The notes below the pieces were generated by a model. The model ran no database searches, was not told the origin of the DNA, and was given only the letters and a program-made list of their open reading frames with translations. A stretch of 64,000 bases of DNA from Podarcis vaucheri (taxonomy: Eukaryota), in the NCBI GenBank assembly GCA_965113315.1, contig OZ220376.1. One strand, written 5' to 3'. Made by a program: the position numbers and the translations under genes. Of the stretch, positions 11,936 through 24,400 are shown piece after piece. How positions within the stretch are numbered: the stretch's first letter is position 1; the number at the start of each line of letters is the position of its first letter.

Positions 11936-13025
11936 GAATTATCAAAGACTGTTACTTACTATTACTGTGAGTTATGATGAAAAAAAAATGTGGACATCAT
12001 CTTAGTCACAAGATGCTGGAAAAACTACATAGAACCATCTATGAACTCTTTGGAATCTGCACTGTGTTATGAAACCACATTTCTGCCAAATATTTATGCT
12101 TCAAATTTCTGCTGGAAAACAGCATTGCCTATATCTTATGCAGTGTAAAAGGATTTATATTCAGTTATTCAACTTAACAATTACTTAAGGACAACAGGAT
12201 TTATATTTTTTTTAATGTTTCCATAAACTGAATAACACTCCTACTCTTAAAACAAGGGCATTGATCCTCAAACTGTAAATGTGCGCTACTGACTAAAACT
12301 TTTATGTGCAAGTATTCACAGGACTAAGATCTTGGAGAAGTAGTTTTGACACCCTGAAAGCAGGGTTTAGAAGTCCTCAAAAGTGCCTTACACATGATAT
12401 GTCTTATTTATATGAATGCTCTTAAGATCCGTTGGTGAAGGGAGCTTTATGAATGATTGTTGAAGTGGGTTGGATCCCAGGACTTAAGTTGTATGAACTT
12501 GGGTCAAGTTGTTTGTACCTGGGTCACTTTGAAATCAATGGGTGATATCCAACTAAGGTGTACTCAGAGTAGAACCATTGAAATCAATGGGCAAGTGGTT
12601 TAAGTCCATTGATTTCAGTGGGTCTGCTCTGACTTTGACTGACATTGGATCTACCTAATGGGACTTGTCTTACTGCTTTTTAGTGGGACCTAAGTTGGGT
12701 GAACTTAAGTTTGGATCCATCCTGGTCATTTTGTGGATTTTTATACTGTAAAATGTACTGAATGAAATGTCCAGTCTTCCAAATTCTCAGGTTCCCCACC
12801 CTTTTTTTATTGGCTTGGAATTAGAAATGTTGCATCTTAGAGAAAAAATAGAAATGCACTAGATTCTACTACAATGTGAAATAGGTGAAACTTGGCCATT
12901 GATTTTTTAAAAATAATAATAATAATTCTAGAAATGTTTCTAAAGAATGCTGGTATGACAAAGGCAACTAGAAGGTCAACTGTTTGTACCTACCTCATTA
13001 AATAAAGTTTTGCCACCTTGATTCA
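11936..13025 (+). other. Probable non-coding terminal (3'UTR) exon of the TMEM238-like gene
   Basis: Donor GAG|GTGGGT at 9018/9019; strong acceptor tgtttttcctttcAG at 11934-11935; AU-rich sequence ending at AATAAA 13001-13006. Confidence 0.5.
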
Positions 13026-14778
13026 ATACTGCTACTGGCGAAATTGTTGTTAATAAAAATGGTTGTCTTTTTGTGATTCTGCTTTACATTTGAATTGATA
13101 GAATGAAGGAACAGGTAGAGATTATTTTAAACAAGCGGAAAAGTAGATATTGTGTCAAACAAGAATCTGGCATTCCATTACTAAAAATATACTGTTACTA
13201 GCTTCTTAGGTTTCCCTTTTCCACCTCCTTCAGCTCACTTGCCTGCTCCAGAATCTATTCATAGATTCTGGGGCCACATTTCTAAGTACTGCTAACTTAC
13301 TTGTGCAGAACAGAGCTAAAGCATTGTATAACAAAACATTTTCAGAACTTGGGAGGGTACATGTTGAGCTTGTGTCTCTGTGTACAAGATTTCATTAGCA
13401 GACCCAATGGAAATATACTTGCTTCATACACACACACCTTTTCTTCCTAGGTTCAGATATTTGTGGGGGGACTTGTCTTTTCAGTTTGGGAAGGTGGATT
13501 TGTACAGTCTCTACCCCACAATCCCCTTCAAGTCAATTCTATCTTTGGTATGTTTGATGTTATCCATGTCCATCCAGGCTTCATTTGACCCCTATGCCTG
13601 AAAGTCGTAGCATGTAGCAATATCTTGGTCTGTCTTCAATGCCTTGCTGTGCAGATGCTCAAATTCAGCACCTATGTGACGCTAAAATTTGGCAGCCCCT
13701 GCCTCTCACACTCCATTCTACAGCATCCTTTTGGTGCCCTCTGCAGTGCAGCGTCCAGTGTGACTGCAGAAGTTGCGCCACCCTAAAACAGCCTCTGTTC
13801 ATCTAGACCTCAGCCCACATATTGGTGGGTGCAGTTCAGCAGTGATTTGTCCATTTCCTTGGTTGTTATTAAAAATGTGTACACTACTGATACCAGGGAA
13901 AAGCACACCATAAACTTGGGGGTGGGGCATCTCTAAGCCCAATGGCTGCATTTCCTAGTAGTCAACATTCCAGGGACCATGTGCTTTTGGTGGGTGAGGC
14001 CAGAGGCAGAGTCCTCCATCGCACCTAAGAGCAGCAGGCAAGCTTAAAAGACACAGCGTGCACCACATGGCTCATACAACTTTTGTCTTATCTTTGCCCC
14101 ATAGTATCCACCTGTGGTGGCTGCCTCATTTTGCCTAATAGTAGGGCCATCCATTGTTCGACCAGTGAGTGAAGATTTGAACCTGGGTCTCCTCAGTACA
14201 GCACTTCGCTACTACCTTACAGTGGTTTCACATGAAATTGTATGTGAAGCATGGTCAAAATTCCCCTTCATTTTCATTTGGCTTTGAATAGGGCAGAATG
14301 GGACCATGGCCACATGCATGCCATATATTTACAGCACATGGCTTCCCCCAGAGGAATACTGGCAACCGTATTTTACCCTCACAGAGCTACAATTACCTGC
14401 CATGTTCGGTCAATAAACCAATCATGGAGAAGAGGGGACTCGGGGCATATGGGCGTTTTTATTTTAGGCTTAAAATAATGCAAAATTTTCGTCTGCGAGG
14501 TTACTGGCGGTGATTCAACCCTCTGCGTTGGGGAGATCCCCAGAAATCTATATTTCTGTCTGGTGAGCACCATCTCCATAGAGTATATGGAGCTATGTGG
14601 GATATGTGGATGTGTAGATAACACCACTTAGTCCCAGTTAGACAAGCTGGAATTAGCACTCTCGTTGAATAACGCTCTCCCCAGAAGCTCCACGTCTAGT
14701 TAATTAATTAGAGGTGGCTGTGGTCCACTGCGTGCCAGACTTTCCAACAGTTCACAGTCTAGCGGTCAGAGATAGAGT

Positions 14779-15015
14779 TTGGATTTGGATTTGGATTTGA
14801 TATCCCGCTTTATCACTACCCGAAGGAGTCTCAAAGCGGCTAACATTCTCCTTTCCCTTCCTCCCCCACAACAAACACTCTGTGAGGTGAATGAGGCTGA
14901 GAGACTTCAGAGAAGTGTGACTGGCCCAAGGTCACCCAGCAGCTGTATGTGGAGGAGCAGGGAATCAAACCCGGTTCACCAGATTCCGAGTCCACTGCTC
15001 TTAACCACTACACAG
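14779..15015 (-). mobile_element. tRNA-derived SINE (probably Squam3-type)
   Basis: Near-identical to the + copy at 47458-47703; (CAAATC)n tail. Confidence 0.8.
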
Positions 15016-15426
15016 CACGGGTCTGCCCTTGTGGCTCGTTGGAAGTTGAAACTGCTCCACACGTACTATTACGTTGTCGTTTTTATGAGGATATACGTTT
15101 GACTTTTATTACACCTGTTTTGCAAAAGTCCAGGAAAGTATCGGAACTCCATAGTTTAAAACTACTGCTAGAGGACAAGAATCCCAAGACTACATTAAAT
15201 GTAGCCAAATTCTGTGTGTCAGCAATCAATCGCAGGAAGCAAGTGGTATCCCATAATGACCAAACCCCTAAATGTTAACTACAGGGAGCACGCTAATAAT
15301 TAATTTTAATTTTATATTTAAATCCTTGTTATATTTATATTGTCCTTTGTATTTCTGATTTTTTTTATGATCTGCGATATTGTGTGTGTTGCGGCTGGTC
15401 TGTGACCATATTAATAAATTCATTCA
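15016..15426 (+). mobile_element. LINE 3' end encoding a CCHC zinc knuckle (RTE-X/Crack-like)
   Basis: RVCPCGSLEVETAPHVLLRCRFYEDIR motif, followed by AATAAA and a TTCA-repeat tail. Confidence 0.65.
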
Positions 15427-16061
15427 TACAATTACCTGCACCCTTCGCAAACTACAGTTCTCAGGATTCTTTGAGGGAAGTCATGTACATGGTGTGTATG
15501 CAGCCCGTGTAAGGGAAATCATTCATGATCACATTCTTTAAGACAGACAGGAACAAGAGCCTTTACTTGTGGTTCCTGCCATGTTCAACCCAAAACCTAA
15601 CTGGAAAATCAAATAAACCCCAAAACGTAACAAAAATTAAATTGTAAAAAAGTATTGAAGCCACTCCAGCTTCAAATACTGTCTTCTTCTTTTTTTACAA
15701 ACCGCAAAACTGATAGTGTATTTCAATGCTATGCATACCTGTTCAGAAGTGCCCCCTTTGAGTTTAATTCAACAAAGAGATCACGTGAAGAGTTACACAG
15801 GGAATCATGCATTGGATGTGTGCTGCCACACATAGTTCATAAATAGGCAGGGATCTATTATTAGGCTAAGGATGAAATCCTAGATCTTGGCAGCACTTCC
15901 AAGTAGACATACATACGATGCAGAACTGCACTGCATTTATTTGTACTTCATTATTTCATCCCTACGAGATCGCCTTACCCCATGCCGATTGGCGGAACTG
16001 GCACTATTACAGGCGCTGCATAATACCTGTCCCTCATTTGCAAGAACTTGATCATCTAGTG

Positions 16062-16402
16062 CAGTGTTTTTCAACCACTGTTCCGTGGCACACTAGTGTG
16101 CCGTGAGATGTTGCCTGGTGTGCCGTGGGAAAAATTGAAAAATTCAAAAGATTTTTTAAAAAGTCAAATTTTCGCCCACTAGGTGGGCGCCGGACTGTGT
16201 CCACCCTATTTTCCATCATCCTGGGTGGGGATCAGATCGGATGGGATCGGATGAGAGCGGACAGGTGGTCCGCTCTCATCCGATTCCCCATAGAGAGCAG
16301 CGGGGCTCTGACATCTCCCTCTCCGCACACAGTGGTGGTGTGCCTCGTGATTTTTTTCATGAAACAAGTGTGCCTTTGCCCAAAAAAGGTTGAAAAACAC
16401 TG
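16062..16402. mobile_element. hAT-Charlie-type MITE
   Basis: TIRs CAGTGTTTTTCAACC / GGTTGAAAAACACTG; perfect 8-bp TSD ATCTAGTG. Confidence 0.9.
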
Positions 16403-16989
16403 ATCTAGTGTGGCAGCGACTAGACTTTGGAACTCCCGGCCTATTGAGATCAAGGAGGCAGCTTCAGTGTACTCTTTTTCAGTGCTTGCTAAAAGCATTC
16501 CTGCTTAGACAAGCCTACTCAGATGCTTAGGAAGGTCGTTTTAATCTGATGTAACTTTTTTTAAAAAAAAAAACTTGTAGGTTTTAAAGTAGGCTTGCGA
16601 ACCTTTCTTGATCTTACCGTTTTATCTTTTGTAAACTGTTTTGAGTTTTTTTATAGAAAGCGCTATATCCATTGTACGGAACAAACAAATCATTCCATTC
16701 ACATCCCACCTTTCCCCCCCCTCTCCCCCGCCAAAGAGCTCAAGGTAGCGAACAACGCTTCTCCCTCCACCTCCGTTTTTTCAAAATAAAAAAGTACTTT
16801 TATTAATTCTTTAAAAATGATTTTTATCACATACATATCGACAGAACTCCACGCGTATAAACCAGAGTGTTTTTTTGTTTTTTGGGGGGGGGGGGAACCA
16901 GAACATGTTCCTGCGATTTAGTCGAGAATTTTGCCCCCTCTCCCATTTGAATCCTCACACAACAACAACAACCCTGTGAAGCAGTTCAA

Positions 16990-17450
16990 ACGTCACCCGG
17001 CGGGGGATTCGAACCCCGCTCTTAGTCCGCCGGTCCAAACCACCACAGGCTCCGCATTACCGTATTACCAGATACCGCGGCGCCTACACATTCGACGGAG
17101 CCTCTTTCCAGCCGCTCCGGGACGCAGAGCCAGAAGTGCTGATGCGCCTTCGGTCGTGCGGGTGGCCCTTTAAACTGCGGAAGGCCCGCCCCTCGCCGAC
17201 CCGGAAATCACCTCTTGTTTCACTTCCGGGGACGTCCGAGGGAGACTTCTGCGCTGGCTGTGCTGCGTGGGGAAGACTCGCGTCTCTTGGGCTGCGCGCA
17301 CGAGGAGGATGGAAAGGGAAGAAGCGGCGGCTTCGTGGGGAAAGGAAAAACGACGGCCCCGCGGGCTGGGCGGCAGACGGAGGCCCTGAGTCAGGCCTCG
17401 GAGAAGCGCAGGTGAGGCTGCCAGGGTGGGAGGGAGGTGCGCTGGGGGGA
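16990..17450 (+). promoter_or_regulatory. RRN3 CpG-island promoter and first exon (ends 17411)
   Basis: CpG-rich; ETS-type motifs CCGGAAAT 17201-17208 and CACTTCCGG 17221-17229; donor CAG|GTGAGG at 17411/17412. Confidence 0.75.
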
Positions 17451-17632
17451 AGCACATTGACTGCATGGTCTCCTGCGTTTCCAACAAGCTGCTCCAAATC
17501 GTATTCCACCAGCGTGTCCTGTCAGCACAAGGATTTCTGCTGCCCCCTAAATCTTCTTTTAGGTGGGATCCCCTAGGGCAGATTTAGGGGCGTGGGGAGG
17601 GATGTCCTAGTGGAAATCCTCGGAATCTACGA

Positions 17633-18010
17633 AGAATCATGGAATTGTTGGAAGGGAGCCCGAGGGTCATCTATTCCAACCCCTCGCAATGCAAGAATCT
17701 CAACTAAAGCATCCCTGACAGGTAACCATCCAACATCTGCTTAAGACCCTCCAAGGAAGGAGAGTCCACCTTCTTCTAAGGGAGTCTGTTCCGCTGTCAA
17801 ACGGCTCTCGCTATCATAAAGTTCTTCCTGATGTTTGGTCAGAATCTGCTTTCTTGTAACTTGAATCCTGCCCTCCAGAGCAGGAGAAAACAAGCTTGCT
17901 CCATCTTCCATGTGACAGTCCTTTAGATACTGTATTTGAAGATGGCTATCATATCTACCCTCAGTCTCCTCTTTACCAGGTTAAACATACCCAATTCCCT
18001 CATTGGTTCC
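17633..18010 (-). mobile_element. CR1 LINE 3' fragment
   Basis: Reverse complement of the CR1 3' end (agaatcat..ttggaaggg..ggtcatctattccaacccc) followed by ORF2-like sequence. Short CR1 tails also at about 23965-24036 and 60010-60075. Confidence 0.7.
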
Positions 18011-18454
18011 TCATAAGACTTGGCGTGTGGCTTTTTTTACCATCCTTTTACCGAACCTACTTTTTATCTCCTCGCAACAGCACTGTGAGGTACGCTAGGT
18101 TGCGACGGCAGTGGCAGGTCTTCACTGACCCTGGACCTATTCTGACACTCTTTAGCTGTAAACAGGGGAGGGTCATGCACATCACCACCTTGAGATTCTT
18201 GGAGGAATGGTTTAATATAAATGCAATCAATCAATGCCACATTAATTCTCTTTGGAGGTAAAGTGGGATATCAACATAAGGAATAAATTAAAATTGTAAT
18301 TCAACATTGGAATTGTGTTCAGAACCCTTGCTTGTATGGAGTTTAACACACACGCGCACACAAGTATTTATTCCTTGCTGGTTTCTCACACACACTTTCA
18401 AGCATTGGTTTACTGTGTTCATTCATATGTTTTATTCTGCCTAGGACTGCTGAC

Positions 18455-21400
18455 ATGTTGGCTGCAGATGAGTTTCTAAAATCTCCACCAAGGAAAACAG
18501 TGAGATTTGGTGGGACATTGACAGACATCCTTCTAAAATACCAAAAGGTAGTATGGTAATCTGTCTCATTTTTTGTATTTTCTGACTGTCTTGAAGGGTG
18601 CTTTTTTTAAAAATGAAAAATGCAAGTTTGGCCTTAAGAGATTATCTTTTAGCTGTATACTCCCACTGTCTCTGGCAGTATCTTAGTTATTTTCACAGAA
18701 AGAAGTGCAAGGAAAACAAGATATAGTCACTAAATCTGAAAAAAAGGTTTTGAGGAGCTACAGTAAAGTTATTAACATATGTTGCAAAAAGAGAGAGAAG
18801 AGAACCTCTATTAATTGCTTTTATGCTTTGAATCAGTAATACACCCAATGTGTCTCTCTATTTATTTTCAGTAGGGAGCGAATAAGCTTTGATGCAAGGC
18901 TGCATGATTTGTTAGGGTACAACTTAATTCATGTTTTTGTTTTGAAGGGTGAGACAACCGAATTTGATTTGTTGAAGCATCAGCTGTTAGATCCAGACTT
19001 AAAAGTAAGGATTTTTTCATCCAAGTATTTCAGTGCTCTGCATGACTTCTTAAATGTAAGAAAAAAATGAACGAGAATGAATTGTTGCAGTTTTGTGTAC
19101 CATTTATGATTATAACTAGGATAATCAGTAACAGATCTGACCACAGCTTAGAATACAGGCGTGTAATGTTACACTTGATTTCAAGGAAGTCTTACAAGCC
19201 CAGAAGCTTTGATAAAATCTAAGCTACATAGGAACTTATGGCTTCCCTCTGTCCCTAGCTTACTCCCACCTTTACACTTGTGATTGTTCTGACACTAGAG
19301 GAATGGAGGGGGATAGTGCACCATCCTTTTAATGCCTGGCACGCTGCATGTCAGACACAAAGAATGCTAGGTAATGTGGTTTGCTCAGTGCTGCTGGCTC
19401 CGGATGTTACCCAAAGCTCCTTGAATTTTTGTGTCTGGTGTCAAAGAGGGAAGGGGCAAAAAAGACCATCTATGCTTCCATTGGCAGAGCAGCAACAAAG
19501 ATAAGGAATGGGGTTGCTGGGGGCTCACTGAGAGAGGGATCAGGCCTTGTTGTGCTTCCAGTGATATTACTGGAGGCACAACAGGGTCTGAAATATGCAC
19601 ACAGTTGGGTTCAAAAGAACTCAGCTATTTCCCATTTTGGGGGGAAACAATTTTTTAAGAGCTCAGTTCCAAATCCAATTTAGGGACCACCAGCAATATG
19701 TTTGTTTTTTGACTGATGTGAAGGCAGTGTTGTTGTGTCTGGCTTCCCTGCCTCCTTTGCCAAATCATTCATATGAACAGAAATTTAACTTTTAAGTAAT
19801 TCTAAGGTCAACTATGTATCTACAAAAAAAAAAAGTTCACTCAGTTTTTCAGTATAAAATGTATTATGTATACCAGAACCAGTAACAAAACAGCAGCCGA
19901 AACCTCATGATCCATCGGAAGTCATTAAATGACGAAAAATCACTAACGAGTTAATAAAAGCTCTGGAAAAGAGACTTGAATGTACTTCAAAATCATCACA
20001 ATTGACAGCATATGGAGGGATGGGGTTCTGTAATTAAGGAGCTGCTGTCCAGTAGGCCCTATCCTTTATCTCCACAACTGCTTTCATGGGTTCCCAGCAG
20101 GGTTTTTTTCTGGCCCTCTTGCCGCCCCTTTCCTCCTGGCCTGGCCACTGCCCAACAACAGCCAAAGAAGCACCCCATTCCATTCTACCTGTTTTGCAGG
20201 AAGATCTGCCTGGGAGTGCCTCTGTCTGGCAGCTGCCATCCTAGCCCACTTTTCAATTGCCTTTCCCATGGGAGAGGTGGGTGGGAGCAGGGGTCATCCG
20301 GAGGTGCCCTGGACACCTTAGCCACACAACTGCTACAGAGTTCCCGGCCTTCCTTCCAGCCTTAGAGCTGGGGAAGGGTTAGGATCACTACACAACTGCA
20401 TAGATGAACCCTGCACACTCTCCAGCTTCAGACTAGAGAGGAAGACTGGTTGCTCATCACACCAGAGGGTGGCATCACACTCCCAGTAATGAGTGATATG
20501 TGGAAGCCTAATAGCCCTTCTGTCGGATTAACCCAGTTTTTTAAAAAATACCTCCGTTACTAATAGGTGTTGTTTTTTTTACACACCTTTTAAATTCAGG
20601 CTATTAAAGAGAAATTGGTTCTGTTTGCAGGATGACCAGATTATAAACTGGCTGGGTGAGTTTCGGTCTTCCGTTACACTCTTGACCAAGGAGTTTGAAC
20701 AACTAGTCAGCATCTTACTGGTAAGAGTATGCCATTTCTAATGTTTGCTGTACTTGGTCTTGATTCAGTCTGTGCAACGTGCATTCGAACTTAATTGTAT
20801 GTGTGACTTTGCAGAGGGTGCAGTGGCTGAAAAGGAGCCAGGCTGTGGTGGAAGAGTATTTGGCTTTCCTGAGCAACTTGGTGTCGGCACAGACAATCTA
20901 CCTTAGGCCATGTCTTGCAATGATTGTCTCGCACTTTGTACCGCGTGAGTTTTGGTTTTCTATTCTTCTGCCTTGTATTGTTGACCAGGTTGCCATTTTC
21001 ATTTCGAACTTAAGTTTGGCAATCAGATTCTCACGTGAAGTGTATAATAATAGAATAATGCTGTTTCCGCCTAGCTCGAATAACCATACAAGAGAACGAT
21101 GTGGACATTTCGGATTCAGATGATGATGAAAGTGAGTAGCCATTTCATGTATAATGGTCAGTTATGTTAACACAAAATCTTGGGGGAGCTGCTGCCAGTC
21201 AGTGTAAGCTGACTCAGTATAAGGCAGCTTCCTGCATTCCGTATTATTTTCATTTCACTACACTGGTGCTTCTAGGGTTAAGGTTAAGGGTGAAATCTAG
21301 TTCTCTCTGATATTTGTGGCTTTCCATTGAATGAAACTTGGAGGTTGCATACAGCAGGAGCTACTGATAGACTTACCTTCCCTGAATTCACCTAATTTGT

Positions 21401-24400
21401 TTTAAAAGCTATCTAAGCTAGCAGCTGTTGCCACTCACTAGGGCTGGGTGATATATCAATATATTGTCCAAAACCGGTTTGAAGTCCATATCATGATTTC
21501 AGTTTCATAATTTTTGACCTGACGATATATTGCAAATCATGATGTGCACTGTATGTGTGCTATGCAAAAATCACAATGTGGGGAAAATTGTGAAGCCAGC
21601 CAATGCCTCTACATAGCTCCATTTTTATTTCAGACATCTTGATATATCAGTATATTGTGATGTGTAGCAGGTGATATATCACAATGATGAAAACCAGTTA
21701 TCGCCCAGCCCTGCCACTCCCATATATTAGACATAAAGTTTAAACAATATAATAGCACCAAATCTGTCTACCTTAAGTGATTGAGGAAGTGCTCCCATAA
21801 AATCTAACATGAATATATAAGAAAAAATTCTGGATTAACATACATGTTTGATGATGTTCAATTCTTGCAGATGTTACTGAAGGCTTTGACACTTGCCATA
21901 GAGCACTGCAAACAATTGCAAAATACGTCCCTTTGTAAGTACATAATGATTGATTTGGTACATCCCCTAAGTTAATTCATAGCCTTTTCTACCTGCTAGC
22001 TGAAACACAATCACACATCTTGCATATTAGCTTCAAGTGACAAAGCTACCTAAATTGATATTCTGTAGTTCAAAATAGGTCAGTAGTATTAATTGGTATA
22101 AATACATTTAGCAGCCCTCAAATTATGTTTTCCCCTAGATTGGTTCCTCTGTATTACTGTTGTAATCGGTTACGGTATGACGTGTGAAAGCTTGTAAGAA
22201 AGAGAAGCCTTAATCCTGTGTTTAGGGTGCTACTGAATTATCATAATAATTTGTATTTTCAATTAAATTGCTTAATGTATAAAGTGTATCCCCCCCCATT
22301 TCAGTGCATGATTTTAGGTGGAGTATGATTGTGAGTGAACTATCTTGGTAGGGAATAAATTACTCTTGATTAACCGCATGTGTGATTATTCTTCCCTGAT
22401 GACAGACCTTGAGTTTCCAATGAGTCTTTTAAAAGACTAAAGACTTTGCATGTGTACACTGTGCTGTTGGGGCCTGTTTTTTATTTTTCCTGATAAACTA
22501 GATGTGACCAATTAAAATCAGTCAATAAATGAAATCAATAATTTATGTAATAAATTGATTAAATTGTAATTGCTCCACCGAGAGATAATATGTGCAAGAT
22601 AGCCCAGTAATCTTATTTATAGCATTACTGTATACTTTTCTTAAGCAGTCCCTTATTTATGTTAAGAAATCTGTCTCAAACTTGGGTGGAAAACAGTATT
22701 GTGAATCAATGCCTGTGCCTCTTTTTTTATATGACTTTCATCATTCAGCTCCTGAAATGTTTCATTTGCTGAGATTGTTTAATGGGCTGTCCCATGTTCA
22801 AACTTATTTTGAAGCTTCTTTACACTTGCATTGCAGGACACCGCAGTTTCTCATGCCGGTGCTCGTTGACAAATTTCCCTTCGTTAACAAATCAGAAAGA
22901 ACCCTGGTAAGTAATCAGCCTTCAGTTTAAAATGGGATTTTCCTTTGTGTGTCTTGCGTCAGTGCTATTGTTAATGACCCTATTGAAATAAAAGTGGCAG
23001 AAGTTGAGCATCCACAGATCTTGATGGTCCAGATACAGGATAAGCATAGAGAACTGTCAGCATGTAGAAGCTTTTTCTATTCCTTCAAGTGTTAATGCCT
23101 TCTTCGTCTTTCCATCTCACCAGGGATTTTCTGCTTTGGCTGTTTTGTTTTCCTATCTCCCTTTGCCTGATTTCCTTTTAACTGAGGATATTGGCAGGGA
23201 TTGAACCTGGAACCTCTTTCATGCAAAACACGAGCTTTATGATTGAGCTGTGGTCCCTTCTGTTGTGTGGTGCCTTACACCATAAAAAAAATCCCTGACC
23301 CAAACCTATGTTGCTGAAGCTCAAGCAGTATGAAACTGAAAAACAAAGGCCCACCTTGAGAAAATCCAGTCTGCGGTGGGTTTAAACTACAAATTGAAGA
23401 GGCTCGTTAGCCTTAGTACTCAAATGGTTTTCTATACAAGAAGAACGTTTTGTGTATGTTTTTTAATTTATCATTTTTGTGGGGGAATTCCATTGCAGCA
23501 ATGCTACGTGCATAACATGCTACGAATCAGCGGATATATCCCAACTCTGAGGCATGACATTCTGGAGCTGGTTATTGAAAGGGTATTAAAGATCGATGTA
23601 AGTATAGAGTGTGGTTCGTAAAAGGCTTAATTCTTTCACCTTTATTTTGTATTACATGTTAGAAAAGGAAGGCATAGGCAAACTCGGCCCTCAGATGTTT
23701 TGGGACTACAATTCCCATCATCCCTGACCACTGGTCCTGCTAGGGATCATGGGAGTTGTAGTCCCAAAACATCTAGAAGGCTGAGTTTGCCTATGCCTGG
23801 TCCATACCATCTCCAGGTCAGTGTTTATAATAAAAAGTGAACAAAAGAGATGGTTGTATAGATGGTTTTATTAGACTGGCTTCAATGGATAGCCTGCTTT
23901 TAACCCATTCCTGGGTGGGAAAGTAAATTATAAGGGTTGTGTCCAAAGCTCTGCATGCACTTGAGATCCCTGCATCGCAGGGGCTTGGACTAGATGACCC
24001 TCAGGGTCCCTTCCAACTCTAGAAGTCTATGATTCTTTGAAAGTTTCATCAGCGTGAGGATTTCTGCTCGCACAATGGAGCATTCTCCCCTAAGTGCGGT
24101 GTCTTGAGCTCCTTGCAATTAAGGCAGGATATAAATGTGACATTGGGTAATATTTCAATCAAACCCGTTACCTTTTCAGCTGTGGGTGGGATATCTAAGT
24201 TTTAAGAATTGTTGTGCACCTTCATTTGCATGCGTACCAAACGCCTTTAGAAATGTTCAGTATCCTTACTCCTTACCACAGGTGAGCGCTCCGAGAAAAG
24301 AGATTGAAGCTGCTGAAGAGGATGAGAGCGAAGGGGTTGCTGAAGAAGGACTCTTTGACATGGCAAGTGTGCTTATTGAGCAGTGCGACAGGTCACATCC

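Noticed and set aside
17084-17576. 141- and 146-aa ORFs at the RRN3 promoter
   Set aside because: CpG-island artefacts with low-complexity products and non-ATG starts.
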